From contig OZ024754.1 in the NCBI GenBank assembly GCA_964016885.1, forward strand, positions 930,001 through 994,000: a DNA stretch of 64,000 nucleotides, in the 5' to 3' direction. The DNA comes from Eledone cirrhosa (Eukaryota). Below are positions 41,033 to 53,964 of this stretch, piece after piece. The notes below the pieces were generated by a model. It saw only the letters and a program-made list of their open reading frames with translations. It did no database searches and was not told where the DNA came from. The stretch's first letter is position 1. Each line of letters starts with the position of its first letter. A program made the translations under genes and the position numbers.

Positions 41033-41169
41033 AGCAGAAGGGATATTCAATTTGTTGGTAATCCAACAAATATAAATGTTTATAACTGATTCAGAGCACT
41101 CGACAGATTTTCTGGAGTAAATATTCAATGATATTAAATAAATGGAAACTATATTTATAAAACCATATT

Positions 41170-41231
41170 TATTCTATTATATATATTTCAAGGGTACCAA
41201 AAACTTTGGTATGCTTTCATCAGATAAAATA
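41170..41231 (-). ncRNA. Canonical type I hammerhead ribozyme
   Basis: UAUUUUAU-CUGAUGA-AAGCAUACCAAA guu UUUGGUACCCUU-GAAA-UAUAUA-UA-AUAGAAUA. Confidence 0.82.
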
Positions 41232-41360
41232 CAAAGTTTGTTTTATAAATTTTGACATAACCAAGGAACATACCTTATCAGTTGAAGTATTCCTCGGATA
41301 GTATATATATATATCCTAAAGTACATATTATATGTGTGTGTGTGTGTGTGTGTATGTGTG

Positions 41361-41404
<44 letters not shown>

Positions 41405-41471
41405 GCACACACATGTATTATGTACTTTTGGAAATGCATCTATTTTATTTCAATTTATTTCTGCACAGGCA

Positions 41472-41510
41472 ATGAACGACCACAACAGTATGACCAGTTC
41501 AGCTTTCAAT
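41472..41510 (+). CDS. Ctr/SLC31 copper transporter, coding exon 1 (MNDHNSMTSSAFN)
   Basis: Acceptor tatttctgcacAG ends at 41468, ATG at 41472, 13 codons, then a strong phase-0 donor GTGAGT at 41511. Phase fits the next exon, and the Met/His-containing N-terminus is Ctr-like. Linkage across a 9.5-kb intron is inferred. Confidence 0.7.
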
Positions 41511-42135
41511 GTGAGTATACTATTTAATTTCTTATTTTGTTAAGTGCATTGCCCGCTCACGTGCACGTGCACTCACATGTGCATGCACACAAAAGCGGAG
41601 TACATACACACACATAATTATTGATACTATCAGAGAAACCACCATTCGGATGGTTTTCTGCTAGCATGTGTAGTGTGTATATTGATATTATACGCAAGTA
41701 TATATACATGTAGATATGATACATCAAATAAAATCGTAATTGACAATGCACACAGAAATTGAACGAAGACTGCGTTACACTGTCTTATGTAATCAGTAAC
41801 GTAATCCATGATACATTAAAAAAAAAAGACGATATTATATATAAACTGCATTAGGAGAAAATTAGTGACAGCAATATATGAATGTTTATTTAAGCGATCG
41901 CTAACCGGATGTGTTGACATTTGAAAATTTTAAAGAATTGAATCTTTAAATAAGTAATAACATATATGTAATGAACAGCCACTAAATTTAGTGGATAAAT
42001 TATGTAATATTCATTCATTATTTATTCAAAGTAATCCAACTTATTTTACTAAGGGGATAAAAAATTATAAACCGTACGCAGTCCCGCGCTTCTTACTTTA
42101 TTATAGTTTAGATATCTGTGTGTGTGTGTACGTTC

Positions 42136-42202
<67 letters not shown>

Positions 42203-42328
42203 TATATGTATACATATATATATATACATGTATATATATCTATATCTGGTAAAAATGAAACGAAATTTCATTTCTCACTGTTAGTACGGCTGTTACGTCT
42301 GTATACATATATGTATGTACACATACAT

Positions 42329-42394
<66 letters not shown>

Positions 42395-43756
42395 ATGTAT
42401 TTATATATATATATATAATTATACGCGCACACAGACATAAATACTTAGACGCATATACTCACATATACATATATAATTATATGCTCACACACGCATACCC
42501 ACACAATATACATACACATATACTCAGGCACACACATATGCAAGATCTATTTTTATACGATTTTTTTTTGGCATTTAAATATAAATAAAAAAACTACTGC
42601 AAAAGAAAAAAAGAATTAATAAACAAAAATAAAACCAAGCCCCCTCTCCTTCTTAAAAAATCAACAAAAATATTCATCCCCCACTTCTTAAAAAAACAAT
42701 GACTAAATTACCCCCACCTCTTCTTCAGAAAGCAACAACAACATCATCCCCCATAAGAACCGATTTCAATTAATGAAAGCTAGATATTTATAAGTTCATT
42801 GTAACATCGATTTGTCTGAAAAGATATTTTTTGTGAAATTGGAAATTTTTTGAAGTATTTTCATAAAATTCATATCGATTTAAAAAAAAACAATGACAGA
42901 AGACAGAACGTCACGTTTTCAGACGTGAAAAAGATTCTTTGTTGACTATATACTATTCACGAATACATTTTGGACATAAATTATTATTATTATTGTTGTT
43001 GTTTAACCTTAGGTCAACTTCGACAATCGAGTTGCCCGATGGGTGAAGATGTTTCAATTCTGATCATTTTGTATATCAGGAACAATATAGATCTAATGGT
43101 CGGTTCATTTTTGAGTATGTAGCTTGTGAGTTCATGAATTTGGGCTGCTATTTCTAGCACGGGAAATGATTATGGCAATTGCCCTATTTGCCTCCTTTGT
43201 CGCCCATTAAATACGGCCCTGGTTGCAAGCAGCTACAAATGCTCTGTTGACTCTCTTACTCTTGACCCAACAAAACATTTAGGATGCAACAGCTAGATGG
43301 AGTGGGAACTGCATCAACACAGAACTGGTACTTTCTTTATCGATCCCGAAAAGATAAAAGGTCCAGTAAATCTTGTCAGGATTTAAACACAAAGCGTAGA
43401 AGTCGGAACAAACATCACAATGCATTCTAACCGACACTCTAACACTCTAACGAATGATTAAGAAGTTTGATTCGTAATTTATACTAGTTAAATTTGTGTA
43501 TAATCTTTAATGACTTTACTAATAATTGATACTCATACTCATACCTTAACACCGCCTCATTAAATTGAGTCGACAAACCCTAATTACGTTAACTCCTTGT
43601 AACAATAAATAACATTTTCTACTATGCGGGTAGCGGTCATCAGTTTGACAAGTAACTTTACACTGCACCGGTAATTACCTCCCTTAGATCACAATCACCT
43701 TTCCTCCATTTTTCTATACTTAAAAAGGGTACTTTATTAAACACTTTGCCTTTATA

Positions 43757-43800
43757 TCTGCCCCAGAAGAGCCCCATTGGGCGAAACATATGTAAGAGCT
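43757..43800 (+). ncRNA. Decayed minimal hammerhead
   Basis: CAGAAGA-GCCC cauu GGGC-GAAA-CAUAUG-UA. U4 is changed to A and stem I is weak. Confidence 0.5.
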
Positions 43801-44141
43801 TTATAAAGATATGTTTTAACGGCTTGTAACTCTTTCATTAATTACTTTGCTTATCACAGCTCTGCTTATCCTTGTACACTAAATATTAACTTTCTCTAAT
43901 ATTTAACCCTGATAACACAAGCATCGAGCACTTATGCACCTGCTTTTGGCATGTAATACTCTGTATCGCCTGCCACCTTCTGGTACCCAACCCATGGCAA
44001 TATGAGCAGGTCGATCTGCTGGCAAACGAAGGACTAAGACTAAGACAAAGACTCTGTATCGCACCTCTTTGTACCTCCTCTTTCTCTCCTCCTTTACGAT
44101 ACTGTAACTTTTTATTATATATATATATATAATAAAAAGTT

Positions 44142-44212
<71 letters not shown>

Positions 44213-44829
44213 TAAATAAACAGTTCAAAGGAAAATATGGCTAAAAGCATTTCACCAGAACAGTACAATGTTCGCTCTAGTAAAATTAGTTCAGAGAATG
44301 TATGTACTGCGTATTTTTAAACAAATGTGTTCATTAACAGCTGCGTGTAGGGGTAGGTTGGAGTAATGGGTTTCACTTTAAACAGGTCACCATACACAGA
44401 GATTATTATCAATTATTAAGCATGCTATTTGATACGATAATCTACTCTAATAACTACCTAAATTGGGATTTAGTAAACTTCAACAATTCAGTATACAGAA
44501 GTGGCACAGAAAACTAAAACTTGAGCTTCCACTTTCAATTCCATTTGAACCCGGTTTCAATTCCTGTGTATTTTATTTATATTCAATAATAATAATCATG
44601 TCACTGATAAACCTCAGGGATAGTTTCAATGTCACACTATCTTATCTTTCATTGTCTTAAAATTTGTATTTTTGTGGCTTCTGTTAGGAAAGACTTGTTT
44701 TAATGTAAGTTCACACACACACATACTCACCTACACACACGGACTCACACTCAGACATTCACATACATTCACACACATACACACTCACACACAAATATGT
44801 GTGGGTGTTACAATGAATATATGAGAGAA

Positions 44830-45172
44830 GACCCCCCCCCCCCCCTTTCGGTCACGAATGACCATGGTATTTGCATCTAGAAAGTTTCCCTCCGAGGTAC
44901 AAGTCCAGGCAAAGTTATTTTGAGGAAGACCAACAGTCGCCCATGCATACCAGCCTCCCCTCTCCACACCACCGATGATGTTCAAAGGAAAGGCTATGGC
45001 CGATGCAGCTTGGCTCCAGTGATCTCGCAACTCATTTCTACAGCTGAGTAAACTGGAGCATCATGAAATAAAGTGTCTTGCTCAAGGACACAACGCATCA
45101 GCCGGTCCGAGAATCGAACTCACAACCTTTCGATTGCAAGCCCAATACTCTAACCACTAAGCCATGCGCCTT
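44830..45172 (-). mobile_element. tRNA-derived SINE with LINE-like tail
   Basis: GGCGCATGGCTTAGTGGTTAG...GTTCGATTCTCGGACC head and a CCTTGAGCAAGACACTTTATTTC core. Confidence 0.75.
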
Positions 45173-46087
45173 CAATGAATATATAAATATCATGAAAGGG
45201 CTCAATACTTTAGTCAAATTTATTATTTCTATGTGTATATTTATAAACACTTTCATGCGGTTTCTGTTAATTTAGTACTGAATATATCTGAAGTTTGTCT
45301 CGAGCCCGGAGGTTCATCAGGCCGGTACTTATCCTGGTTTCATGGTGTGAAGCAACTGAGAGTACAATATTCTCCCCGTGGACAGGACGCCAGTCCATCG
45401 TAGGGTTAAACCTCCAGCTATTGCTGGTACTCATTGTCAGCTGAGTATACTGGAGCAATATAAAATGTGGTGTTTGGCTGAAGAACAGGAATCGAACCCA
45501 TGACATTATGATCGTAAGTCCAACATCCTTACCACTAGGCCACGCCCATCCACACTGTATATATACAGATATGTATTTATCGTATATTTCGGTTGCTTAG
45601 TACAACATAAGCACTAATAATAGTACCACCATTTCATGATTACTACTATATTTGGCGGGCTTTTCGGTCACTCTCCGACAGGTTTGTGATCCAGCTTGTA
45701 GCAGTGGAGACTTCTGGTGTTCTTGGTCCTAGGACAACCTCCCTACTTATCATCATCGGTACGGAGTCGACCACCTGTAGGTGTGAGCCTCGCGAGCTGG
45801 AATGATTCTTCTAACGCGTGGGCCCCCATTTGCTTATGAGAGATTGGGAGAGCGAGAGTGACGGAAGCAGTGACTTTTCCAGAGCAAGCATATCAACAAA
45901 AGTAAACTTTATTTTTATTTATACTTTAAACAGATACCAATTTAAATGTTTCTTTGTGGTTGATCTACAATTTAGACATCGTTTCATGAAACCCCCAACA
46001 TGCATCTAAAATTAATTTAGAACGTTCATACTTTTTTGTATCTAAAGAACACTTAAATTCAATCTATTCATATGTCTCATTGTGTCT

Positions 46088-46275
46088 ATATATTTATATA
46101 AAAAATATATTTATAAACAATATATTTATATAAACAATATATTTATATACACAATATATGTATATAAACAATATATGTATATACACAATACACATATATA
46201 AACAATATATTTATATACACAATATATCTATATACACAATATATCTATATACACAATATATTTATATACACAATA
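46088..46275. repeat. About 17-bp AT-rich minisatellite
   Basis: Repeats of caatatat(t/g/c)tatata(a/c)a. Confidence 0.85.
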
Positions 46276-46329
46276 CGGTGTATTGTTATTAATAATTTAG
46301 CATTAAAAAGCGTGAAAAAATATAAATTG

Positions 46330-46493
46330 CCACGAAAAAAGCTATAAAAAATCGCGGAAGATATTTACGATTCCGTGAATATGCGGTGGTTTCCAGGAAT
46401 TATTATTAGTTAGGTTCCAAGAAAAAATCAGCGAATAACCGGGAACGCGAGTGCAGGGACCGCGAATGCCGGGGGGGGGGGGGGTACACTGTA
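46330..46493. mobile_element. One end of a pogo/Tigger-like DNA transposon
   Basis: Repeated CGCGAAT subterminal motifs ending GGGTACACTG-TA. The partner TIR was not found. Confidence 0.55.
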
Positions 46494-46642
46494 AATATTT
46501 TATATATTGTTACTGTTCCTTTTGGAATAAGCTGATGGATAACTCAGAAATTTGACGTCAAGTCAGAAAGTTTTGTACTAGGTATTGATTCTTTATTGCT
46601 TTTTTTTTTGAGCCACTAAATGGTTAACTCTGGAATATATTG

Positions 46643-46847
46643 GTTTCTGATCTAGGCAGAAGGTCAATAATTTTGTGGGAGGGGAAAGTCGATTAAATTG
46701 ACCAGTGCATTACTGGTATTTTACTTTATCGACACCGTACGGCAAAGCTAACTTCGGCGTGATTTGAACTTAGAACGTAAAGGGCTGTAACTCTATGCTG
46801 CAAAGACTGTTATCTGACGCGCCACCAATACTGTCAATCCACCGCCC
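46643..46847 (-). mobile_element. OK-like SINE with 18-bp TSD
   Basis: taactctggaatatattg at 46625-46642 and 46848-46865. Confidence 0.9.
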
Positions 46848-48005
46848 TAACTCTGGAATATATTGATATTAAATTAGATCGAAATAAGTAAACTGTAATT
46901 CTAACCGCTATTGGGATTAGTGAAAACGATAACTGGACTTAATTCAAATTTTTTTTTACTTGCTTGTCCTAAAGGAAGCAACAATAGTTCTCCTAAACAG
47001 ATATTGTACTAGAATAGTAAAAGCAGTGATAAACAAAACAATCCATAATTTCTACAGTACTTTTTCATTTAATTTTATTTTTCAACTAGAAAGTTATACA
47101 TTTCTTGTGAATAATTCCCTTTCTTGTACCATAACACCATCAGCTATTTCAATAATAGATTCTGCATTTATTAGAATAGTAATTTTAAACTTGTATTTTT
47201 ATATTACGTTCCGGGTGCGATCCTACCGCACCGCATGATTTCTTGGCCAGTCTTTTACCTACATTTCAACCTTGTCATACTGTGTCACATTGATTCTACC
47301 GGAGAATTATGTTTAGGATACACGTGTTTGTGGAATACTCAAAGTAGGACATTCAGTTGATTGAATAGCAGAATACTGAATGATGCTCTTCGTCGCCGAC
47401 AAGGATCTTAATTAAGCATTTACTTGATTTATGACCGTTTCGTTTGACTAACAAGACCGTTCCATTCTTGTTAGAATAACTCCTTAGAATACACGCTCAA
47501 GAATTCCAGTGAAAGTGCGAAAAACGTAAACAGTAACATTCAAATATTGTTATGCAAAAGTTAAAACTTATGGAAGCCTAAAGACGTAATTAAAATTTAT
47601 CAGTGATATAACATTCGGTAACTATAGATATTTTATGAACTAGTGAAATAGAGTTAGAAGTATACAGCTAGAATATATAAGTTCAAATACACGTATTAAT
47701 TGAAGTTATAAAATTAATATTGATATAATTTGCCAAGAAAAACAATAAAAAAAATTATGGAAGCTGACAAAAGTAATAAATATGTCTGTAAGAAATTGCA
47801 TGTTTAGTAACTAAGAAGCTTACAATAACTTAAGATGTAGTAACAGAGAGGATAGACTATTTTCTGGATAATATAGTGATTATAATATAGTTACAAACAG
47901 CAGGCACATTAATACATATATATATACTCACAAATATACACACGTAAATACAATATATAAATACACATATTCATATATACACACACACATATATATGAGT
48001 ATATA

Positions 48006-48047
<42 letters not shown>

Positions 48048-48324
48048 CACATGTACCCATATACACATGCACGTATACAAATATATATATATATAGGGAA
48101 TGTAACATCCAGTTACTCTAAGTTCACCCGAGTGATCACTCGATGCGAAGTTTCCAGTCGGGAAAGCGGTATAGAACTAAAGGAGAGTGTAATTATAATA
48201 ATTGTTTCTACTTTTGGCACAAGGCCAGCAATTATCCAGTACATTACTGGTACTTTATTTTATCGACCCCGTAAGGATGAAAGGCAAAGTTAACCTAGGC
48301 GGGATTTGAACTCAGAATGGCAAG

Positions 48325-49265
48325 GTTATGTCTTCATTACGTTTACTGAGTAGTGACGCGTGTTTCACTTTTGATCAGCTCAAGGTTCGATCTGTATCGA
48401 TCTAGCCCGACTCTGGAATCAAATGCTCGTCGGACCTCTGCTATGGTAATGACAGATTGAACCTGTAGGGCTTATAAAGGTCTATAACGGTTCACATTCA
48501 TTTATGGTGGTCAGTTTTAGTTCGTTTTGATTGGTTGTTTTACTATAAGGAATGTTTTGGCGTGTGTGATAGGAGGGGGAAGGATCATAATGATGAGGTG
48601 GTGGTGGGGAACGATGGTTGGTGTGAGTTGCGGGGTGTGGTGTTTTGGCTGTTTCATAGACATTATGGCGTGTACGTGGTTAGGCGAGGGTGCTGGGTGT
48701 GGGTGTGGAGGTGGTTATAGGCTATACGTGATGAGAGATGAAAGAGTGCGGTGCTGTAGAGGTTTGTCAAAGAGGAATAAAATAAAAGAAAAAAAAGGAA
48801 AAAATGAACAAAAAATGAATTAAAAAAAATATGTGTGTGTGTGTGTGCACATGCATATTTATATTCATTTCACACACTATACACTGTACCGATGTATAGA
48901 TTAGACCACATAGTGTAGGAACTATTTCATTTATTCATTCATTTATTTGTTTATATTCATTCCAAACACTCCTTAACAACCCTTAATTCTTTATAGTACA
49001 AATATCCCTTTAAGGATATAGATAGTTTACACTAAAGCCTCATCCCTAACCTAGGTTAACCTACTTTCCTTATTTTTTTCTTCATTCTTTTTCATTTTTC
49101 CTTTTTTTCTTTTTCTAAGCCCTGCAGGTTAATTCTGTTATTACCACAACAGAGGTCCGACGAGCTTTTGATTCCAGAGTCGGGCTAGATCGATACAGAT
49201 CGAACCTTGAGCTGATCAATAGCCAAACGCGCGTCACTACTCAATAAACGAAATGAAGACATAAC
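48325..49265. mobile_element. About 940-bp element with 150-bp terminal inverted repeats, each containing a hammerhead-like fold
   Basis: Arms at 48325-48474 and 49116-49265. Consensus GAGGU-CCGACGA-GCUUUUGAU...AUCAAAAGC-GAAA-CGCGCG-UC-ACUACUC. Confidence 0.75.
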
Positions 49266-49283
49266 TTATGAAGACATCGTCCT

Positions 49284-49429
<146 letters not shown>

Positions 49430-49679
49430 TAATCCACTATTATTTTGGTAAGATGCGCCAAGCTCAATACATTATTAAAGTCGACAGTATGCAGGAATCA
49501 AGGCCAATTATTTATTCCAAGATACTTGTAGTTAAAGACTGTGAAAACCACAGAGCTTAAACAATTAATACAAAAAGAAAAACAAGGTTGCTATTCAAAT
49601 TTCATCTTTAATTCCTACACTACTTTCATTGGAGATAAATGTAACGCTAGGCTTTCCTTTTGTATTAATTATATATATT

Positions 49680-50312
49680 TCGACATCTCCGTCGCCATCA
49701 ACCCCTCCCACCTCTCCCTCGTCACTTCCGCCTTCTTCAAACCCACCGACTCCCACTCCTACCTCAACTTCACTTTCTCCCACCCTACACGCGCAAAACA
49801 CTCCATTCCCTACTCCCAACTCCTCCGGATCCACCGCATTCGCAGCCGAGATGCTGACTTCGAGTCCCAAGCCCTTTCTCTAGTCAGCCATTTCCTCCGG
49901 AGAGGTTCCCCCCTCCCCTACCCCTCCCTTGTCCACACCGCTCTCACTCGCGCACATGCTGTCCCCCATCACCCCCTACCCCTCCACCGTCCTTCGCCTC
50001 TTCCGACGCCTCCAGTCCAACCCCCACCTCCCATCTTCCCATCCCCACCCCTCTCCTCCTTCAAACGCGCGCGTAATCTCCGCTCCCTCCTCGTCCGCAG
50101 CTCCCTACCCCCACCCACGTTCTTCTCCCCCCTGTTCCCTTCCCTGCTCCAGGCTTCGCTGCCACACCTGCCCCCACATCACCAACACCACCACTTTCCA
50201 GGGTCCCAACGGCCACTCCCTTTCTGTCCGGCACGCCTTCCGCTACACCTCCTCCAACCTCGTCTATGGACTTCGCTGCACCTACGTCGCTGCACCTACG
50301 TCAGACAAACTG
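49680..50312 (+). mobile_element. Penelope-like element fragment (RT thumb to GIY-YIG start)
   Basis: KPTDSHSYLNF.FSHP...SIPYSQLLRIHRI.S, SFKRARNLRSLLVRS, C..C, SSNLVY...C...YV.QTG. Confidence 0.88.
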
Positions 50313-50981
50313 GTTTAAATAGTTACTGGACCTGTCAGAAGCAGCAGCCGAATCACCGTCATATTACGCCCTACTGTCCTAAAAATACAGAGGTCAGATT
50401 AGATAATGTTATCCCTGATATCACTAAAAAGACAGGATGGTCACAGCTAGGATTATTTTGATCATATGTATTCTAAATTTAGATTGGTCTAAGGTTAAAC
50501 AACAGCAACACATATTTTTCTAGACTGCATTCAAAAGAAAGCCCTTCAATTGTTTGGCATACACTCATCAACACTCTGTAGGCTTTTTACCTACAAATGT
50601 GATTTATCTTCAGTCTGCTTTTTTTTATTGTTGCTACTACAATGGCATCTGCACCCCTGAGCTAGCTAGTTACGGCTTCTATCTAAGTCCACTTGACAAC
50701 CATTTTATATCTCTTCTCCTAGATCCCACACGGAAAAATATGTCCACTCATTCCTTCCCATAACGACAAACATCCAAAATCACAAGCCCTCTTGGTGCAC
50801 ACATCTTTCAAACGGACGTTGACTTGCAGTTATTCAAACTGAGCAGCATCGATTATTAGCTTTGAAGGGTACAGTCCTTTTCATTTGACTGAAAAGACAA
50901 ATAATTTTTTAAAATAAGACAAATATTATATACTGCGTTTTTATATTCTAAATTTTATATTGAACCCTATTTTAATTTTAG

Positions 50982-51051
50982 AGTATGATTTTGGCAGTGA
51001 GGACCCCTACAAGTTTGATATTTGCTGAATGGTGCATGTCTACTTTACATG
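50982..51051 (+). CDS. Ctr/SLC31 copper transporter, coding exon 2 (SMILAVRTPTSLIFAEWCMSTLH-G)
   Basis: Acceptor tttaattttAG, donor GTATGT at 51052 (phase 1). LIFxxW...G matches the Ctr pre-TM1 motif (LLFxxW), with a Met about 20 aa before TM1. Confidence 0.85.
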
Positions 51052-51171
51052 GTATGTATAAATATATTTTCTCTCAGCTCATCTTATCTCAATCTTTTCA
51101 GTCATTGTTGTTTGTTTAGTCCATGGTAAAGTCTGATCGAGCAGACCTATGATATTTTATCTTAGTCATCA

Positions 51172-52560
51172 GGCGCTTGGATGAGTTTATGTCACAAACA
51201 GCTCCGAGGAAATGTTGGAGCGCCTACATCAAATGGATCCCGACACCCGAAAGGCTAACAGAAATGCCTTCAGCCTTGATGTGGTCACTCTTTACACCTC
51301 GGTCCCGGCGCTCCCGGCCGTCGATATACTGATAGAACGTGTTCAATCTACCAATCTACACTGCTTCGCGTTCACCCCCACTAACATCCATCAGCTCCGA
51401 TCCGTCGTCGTTGACAACACATATTTCAATTTTCTCAACCAAACATACCGGCAGACCTCAGGGCTACCCATGGGCTCAAGCCTGTCGGGTGTGCTAGCGA
51501 TCTCGTACATGGACAGCCTCGAACGCAAGGCACACAACACCTTCCGCCCCAACGCCGTCGCCTTCTTCTCAAGATACGTGGACGACATCCTCATCCTCAC
51601 ATCTTCCCAGGAGATGGCGAACGGGATTTACGAGACGTTCAGCAACACGGACGAGAATATTGACTTCTGTGTTGAACACCCCAACGACGACGGGTTCCTT
51701 TCCCTCCTCGACTTCCGAATCAACATCACAGAGCAAGGAGGGATCCACACCAGCTTCTACGGCAAGGCAGCCTGCAGGGACTTGTTCGTCCACTACAAAT
51801 CTGCCCTCCCTAACAGTGCTAAAAGAGGGTACATCACGAACGAGATCACGCGGATTAAAAACAGATGCAGCGATCTCGTGAGTGGTGTCACCCATACCAA
51901 GCGATTCCTCAGGGTGCTGGAGACGAACGGATACCCAGCCTCACTTACAAGCAGAGTAAGAGACACCAGACGCAAGAGGCAGAGAAACACCCAAGTGCCT
52001 CCTTAAAATCCCGCACCTGGGCGAAAAAACCACCAATGCTATCTGCAGGGCCATACGGAGGGAGGGCCTCGACATTGACTTAACCCATTCGTGCCCCTCC
52101 CTACGGAGATGCCTCTCCAGGACACCCGAGAAATTGGTTGACGCGTGTTCCCTCAGCAACTGTCCGATGCGCCAAACGAACTGTTGCTTACACACGTACG
52201 TTGTATACAAGGTAGAATGTGACAAGTGCAACGACCACTACATCGGTAGCACAATCCGGCCACTACATGTCCGGATCAAGGAGCACATCAACACCAGGGC
52301 CTCGTCTTTCCGGAAACACATAACCAAATGCGGAAACTAAGACGGAAGGCCCATTATCACAGTGTTAGCGACAGAACGCAACGCTATTCCGCCGGCACGC
52401 GCGCCCTACATAACATTTTAGTTGTACACAAACGGCAGACAAACGGCCACGTGTTGTTCCTCTCCGACTAAAAACTTTCCTCCTCGGAAAATCCCCAGGT
52501 GATGGATGCGAAATCCGAAATATAGGGACAATTAAATTACTTCCAAGGTAACTCTATCTC
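51172..52560 (+). mobile_element. 5'-truncated Penelope-like element (RT + GIY-YIG), frameshifted
   Basis: FSLDVVTLYT, YRQTSGLPMGSSLS, RYVDD, LLD, then VVYKVECDKC..HYIGSTIRPLHVRIKEH. A decayed hammerhead lies at 52492-52529 (UCCC-CAGGUGA-UGGAU gcgaa AUCC-GAAA-UAUA-GGGA). Confidence 0.93.
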
Positions 52561-52705
52561 GTGTTATTAATTTTACACTCTTTCCTACGTTCCTCTACAC
52601 CCTATACGTCTCATTCTACATTTCCTCTTACATCTCTCTCATCACATCCTGATTCTGTTGCCCGGAGATTTACCCATCTGCATTGTTGAGGCTTCCAAAA
52701 CGACC

Positions 52706-52771
<66 letters not shown>

Positions 52772-52776
<5 letters not shown>

Positions 52777-53007
52777 AACCAGTAAGACCCCGACAGCTGA
52801 GCTCAAGCCGTTTCGACGGCTAATTCTGGACTAAATGAAAATTTATCCTGGTATTTAAATAGCCGATCTTCTCAAGGGGTAATTCCATATATGGAATTAC
52901 CCCTTGAGAAGATCGGCTATTTAAATACCAGGATAAATTTTCATTTAGTCCAGAATTAGCCGTCGAAACGGCTTGAGCTCAGCTGTCGGGGTCTTACTGG
53001 TTCCTAT
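52772..53007. repeat. Perfect 236-bp palindrome
   Basis: Centre ccatat|atgg symmetric about 52889/52890. No mismatch seen by eye. Confidence 0.95.
52899..52992 (+). ncRNA. Type I hammerhead with U3-A8 core and branched stem II (mirror copy 52787-52880 on -)
   Basis: ACCCC-UUGAGAA-GAUCGGCUA...UAGCCGUC-GAAA-CGGCU ugagcuc AGCUG-UC-GGGGU. Predicted cleavage after C52987. Confidence 0.8.
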
Positions 53008-53455
53008 TACCCACTCTACTACCTCAAGTATTGAGTACTTTGGTGCGTTATGGTCCACCTGGTTCCTTACCACATTTCCTTCGTTATATATATATATATA
53101 TATATATATATAATCAAATATCTTTCAACACACAGCACACAAAAACAAGATGGTGTGTAGGACAGAAAAATGCAGAGACACACACAAAATAAAAACCTAG
53201 TCACTGCGGAGGTCACAGAATGTGTGACGAAAGAGCTGTGACAATATATAAACAACCTTCCGGTCATCGAACCAACCAACCAACCGGAAATTTATGAAAG
53301 GTGCGAAACGTGTCCTCCGCTGTTCGTTGTTTTCTCTTCACCACCGGATGTTGTTACACGGAGAATTACCCATCTGCATTGTTGAGGCTTCCAAAACGAC
53401 CTAAAGAAAATATATCTTATTATTCCACAATGCTTCAAGCAAACTTCAATACTCT

Positions 53456-53494
<39 letters not shown>

Positions 53495-53876
53495 AAACAG
53501 AGGTAAAAATTATGCTTCCGGATATAGTTTCAGAAGATTCATTAAAGTATTATTGTTGACAGACATTCCATTAGAATTTGTAGGAAATATATTGCTATTT
53601 ATAGGAGCATTACTCTGTAATTTATATTGTTATGATATATTCTTACAATGAAGCAGTAGACAGGTTGTGCCAGACTTAATCGTTTGGTGTAATTAACACT
53701 TTAGAGTTTCATTTTGAAAATTAGTCAAACACGACTGTCTTTCATTAATTTATCTTAGATAAAACAGGTATCAATCATTTTGTACATGTGATTACATTGT
53801 GTTTTTCACTGATATAAATCTCCGACACATAAATACACAAGTACATGCGCGCACACACACAAACAAACACATACAC

Positions 53877-53942
<66 letters not shown>

Positions 53943-53964
53943 CATCCATAAGTACATCCATAAG

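Noticed and set aside
51212-52006. Intact novel RT system or host telomerase-like gene
   Set aside because: It is a 5'-truncated, frameshifted Penelope-like RT followed by GIY-YIG, so an ordinary retroelement relic.
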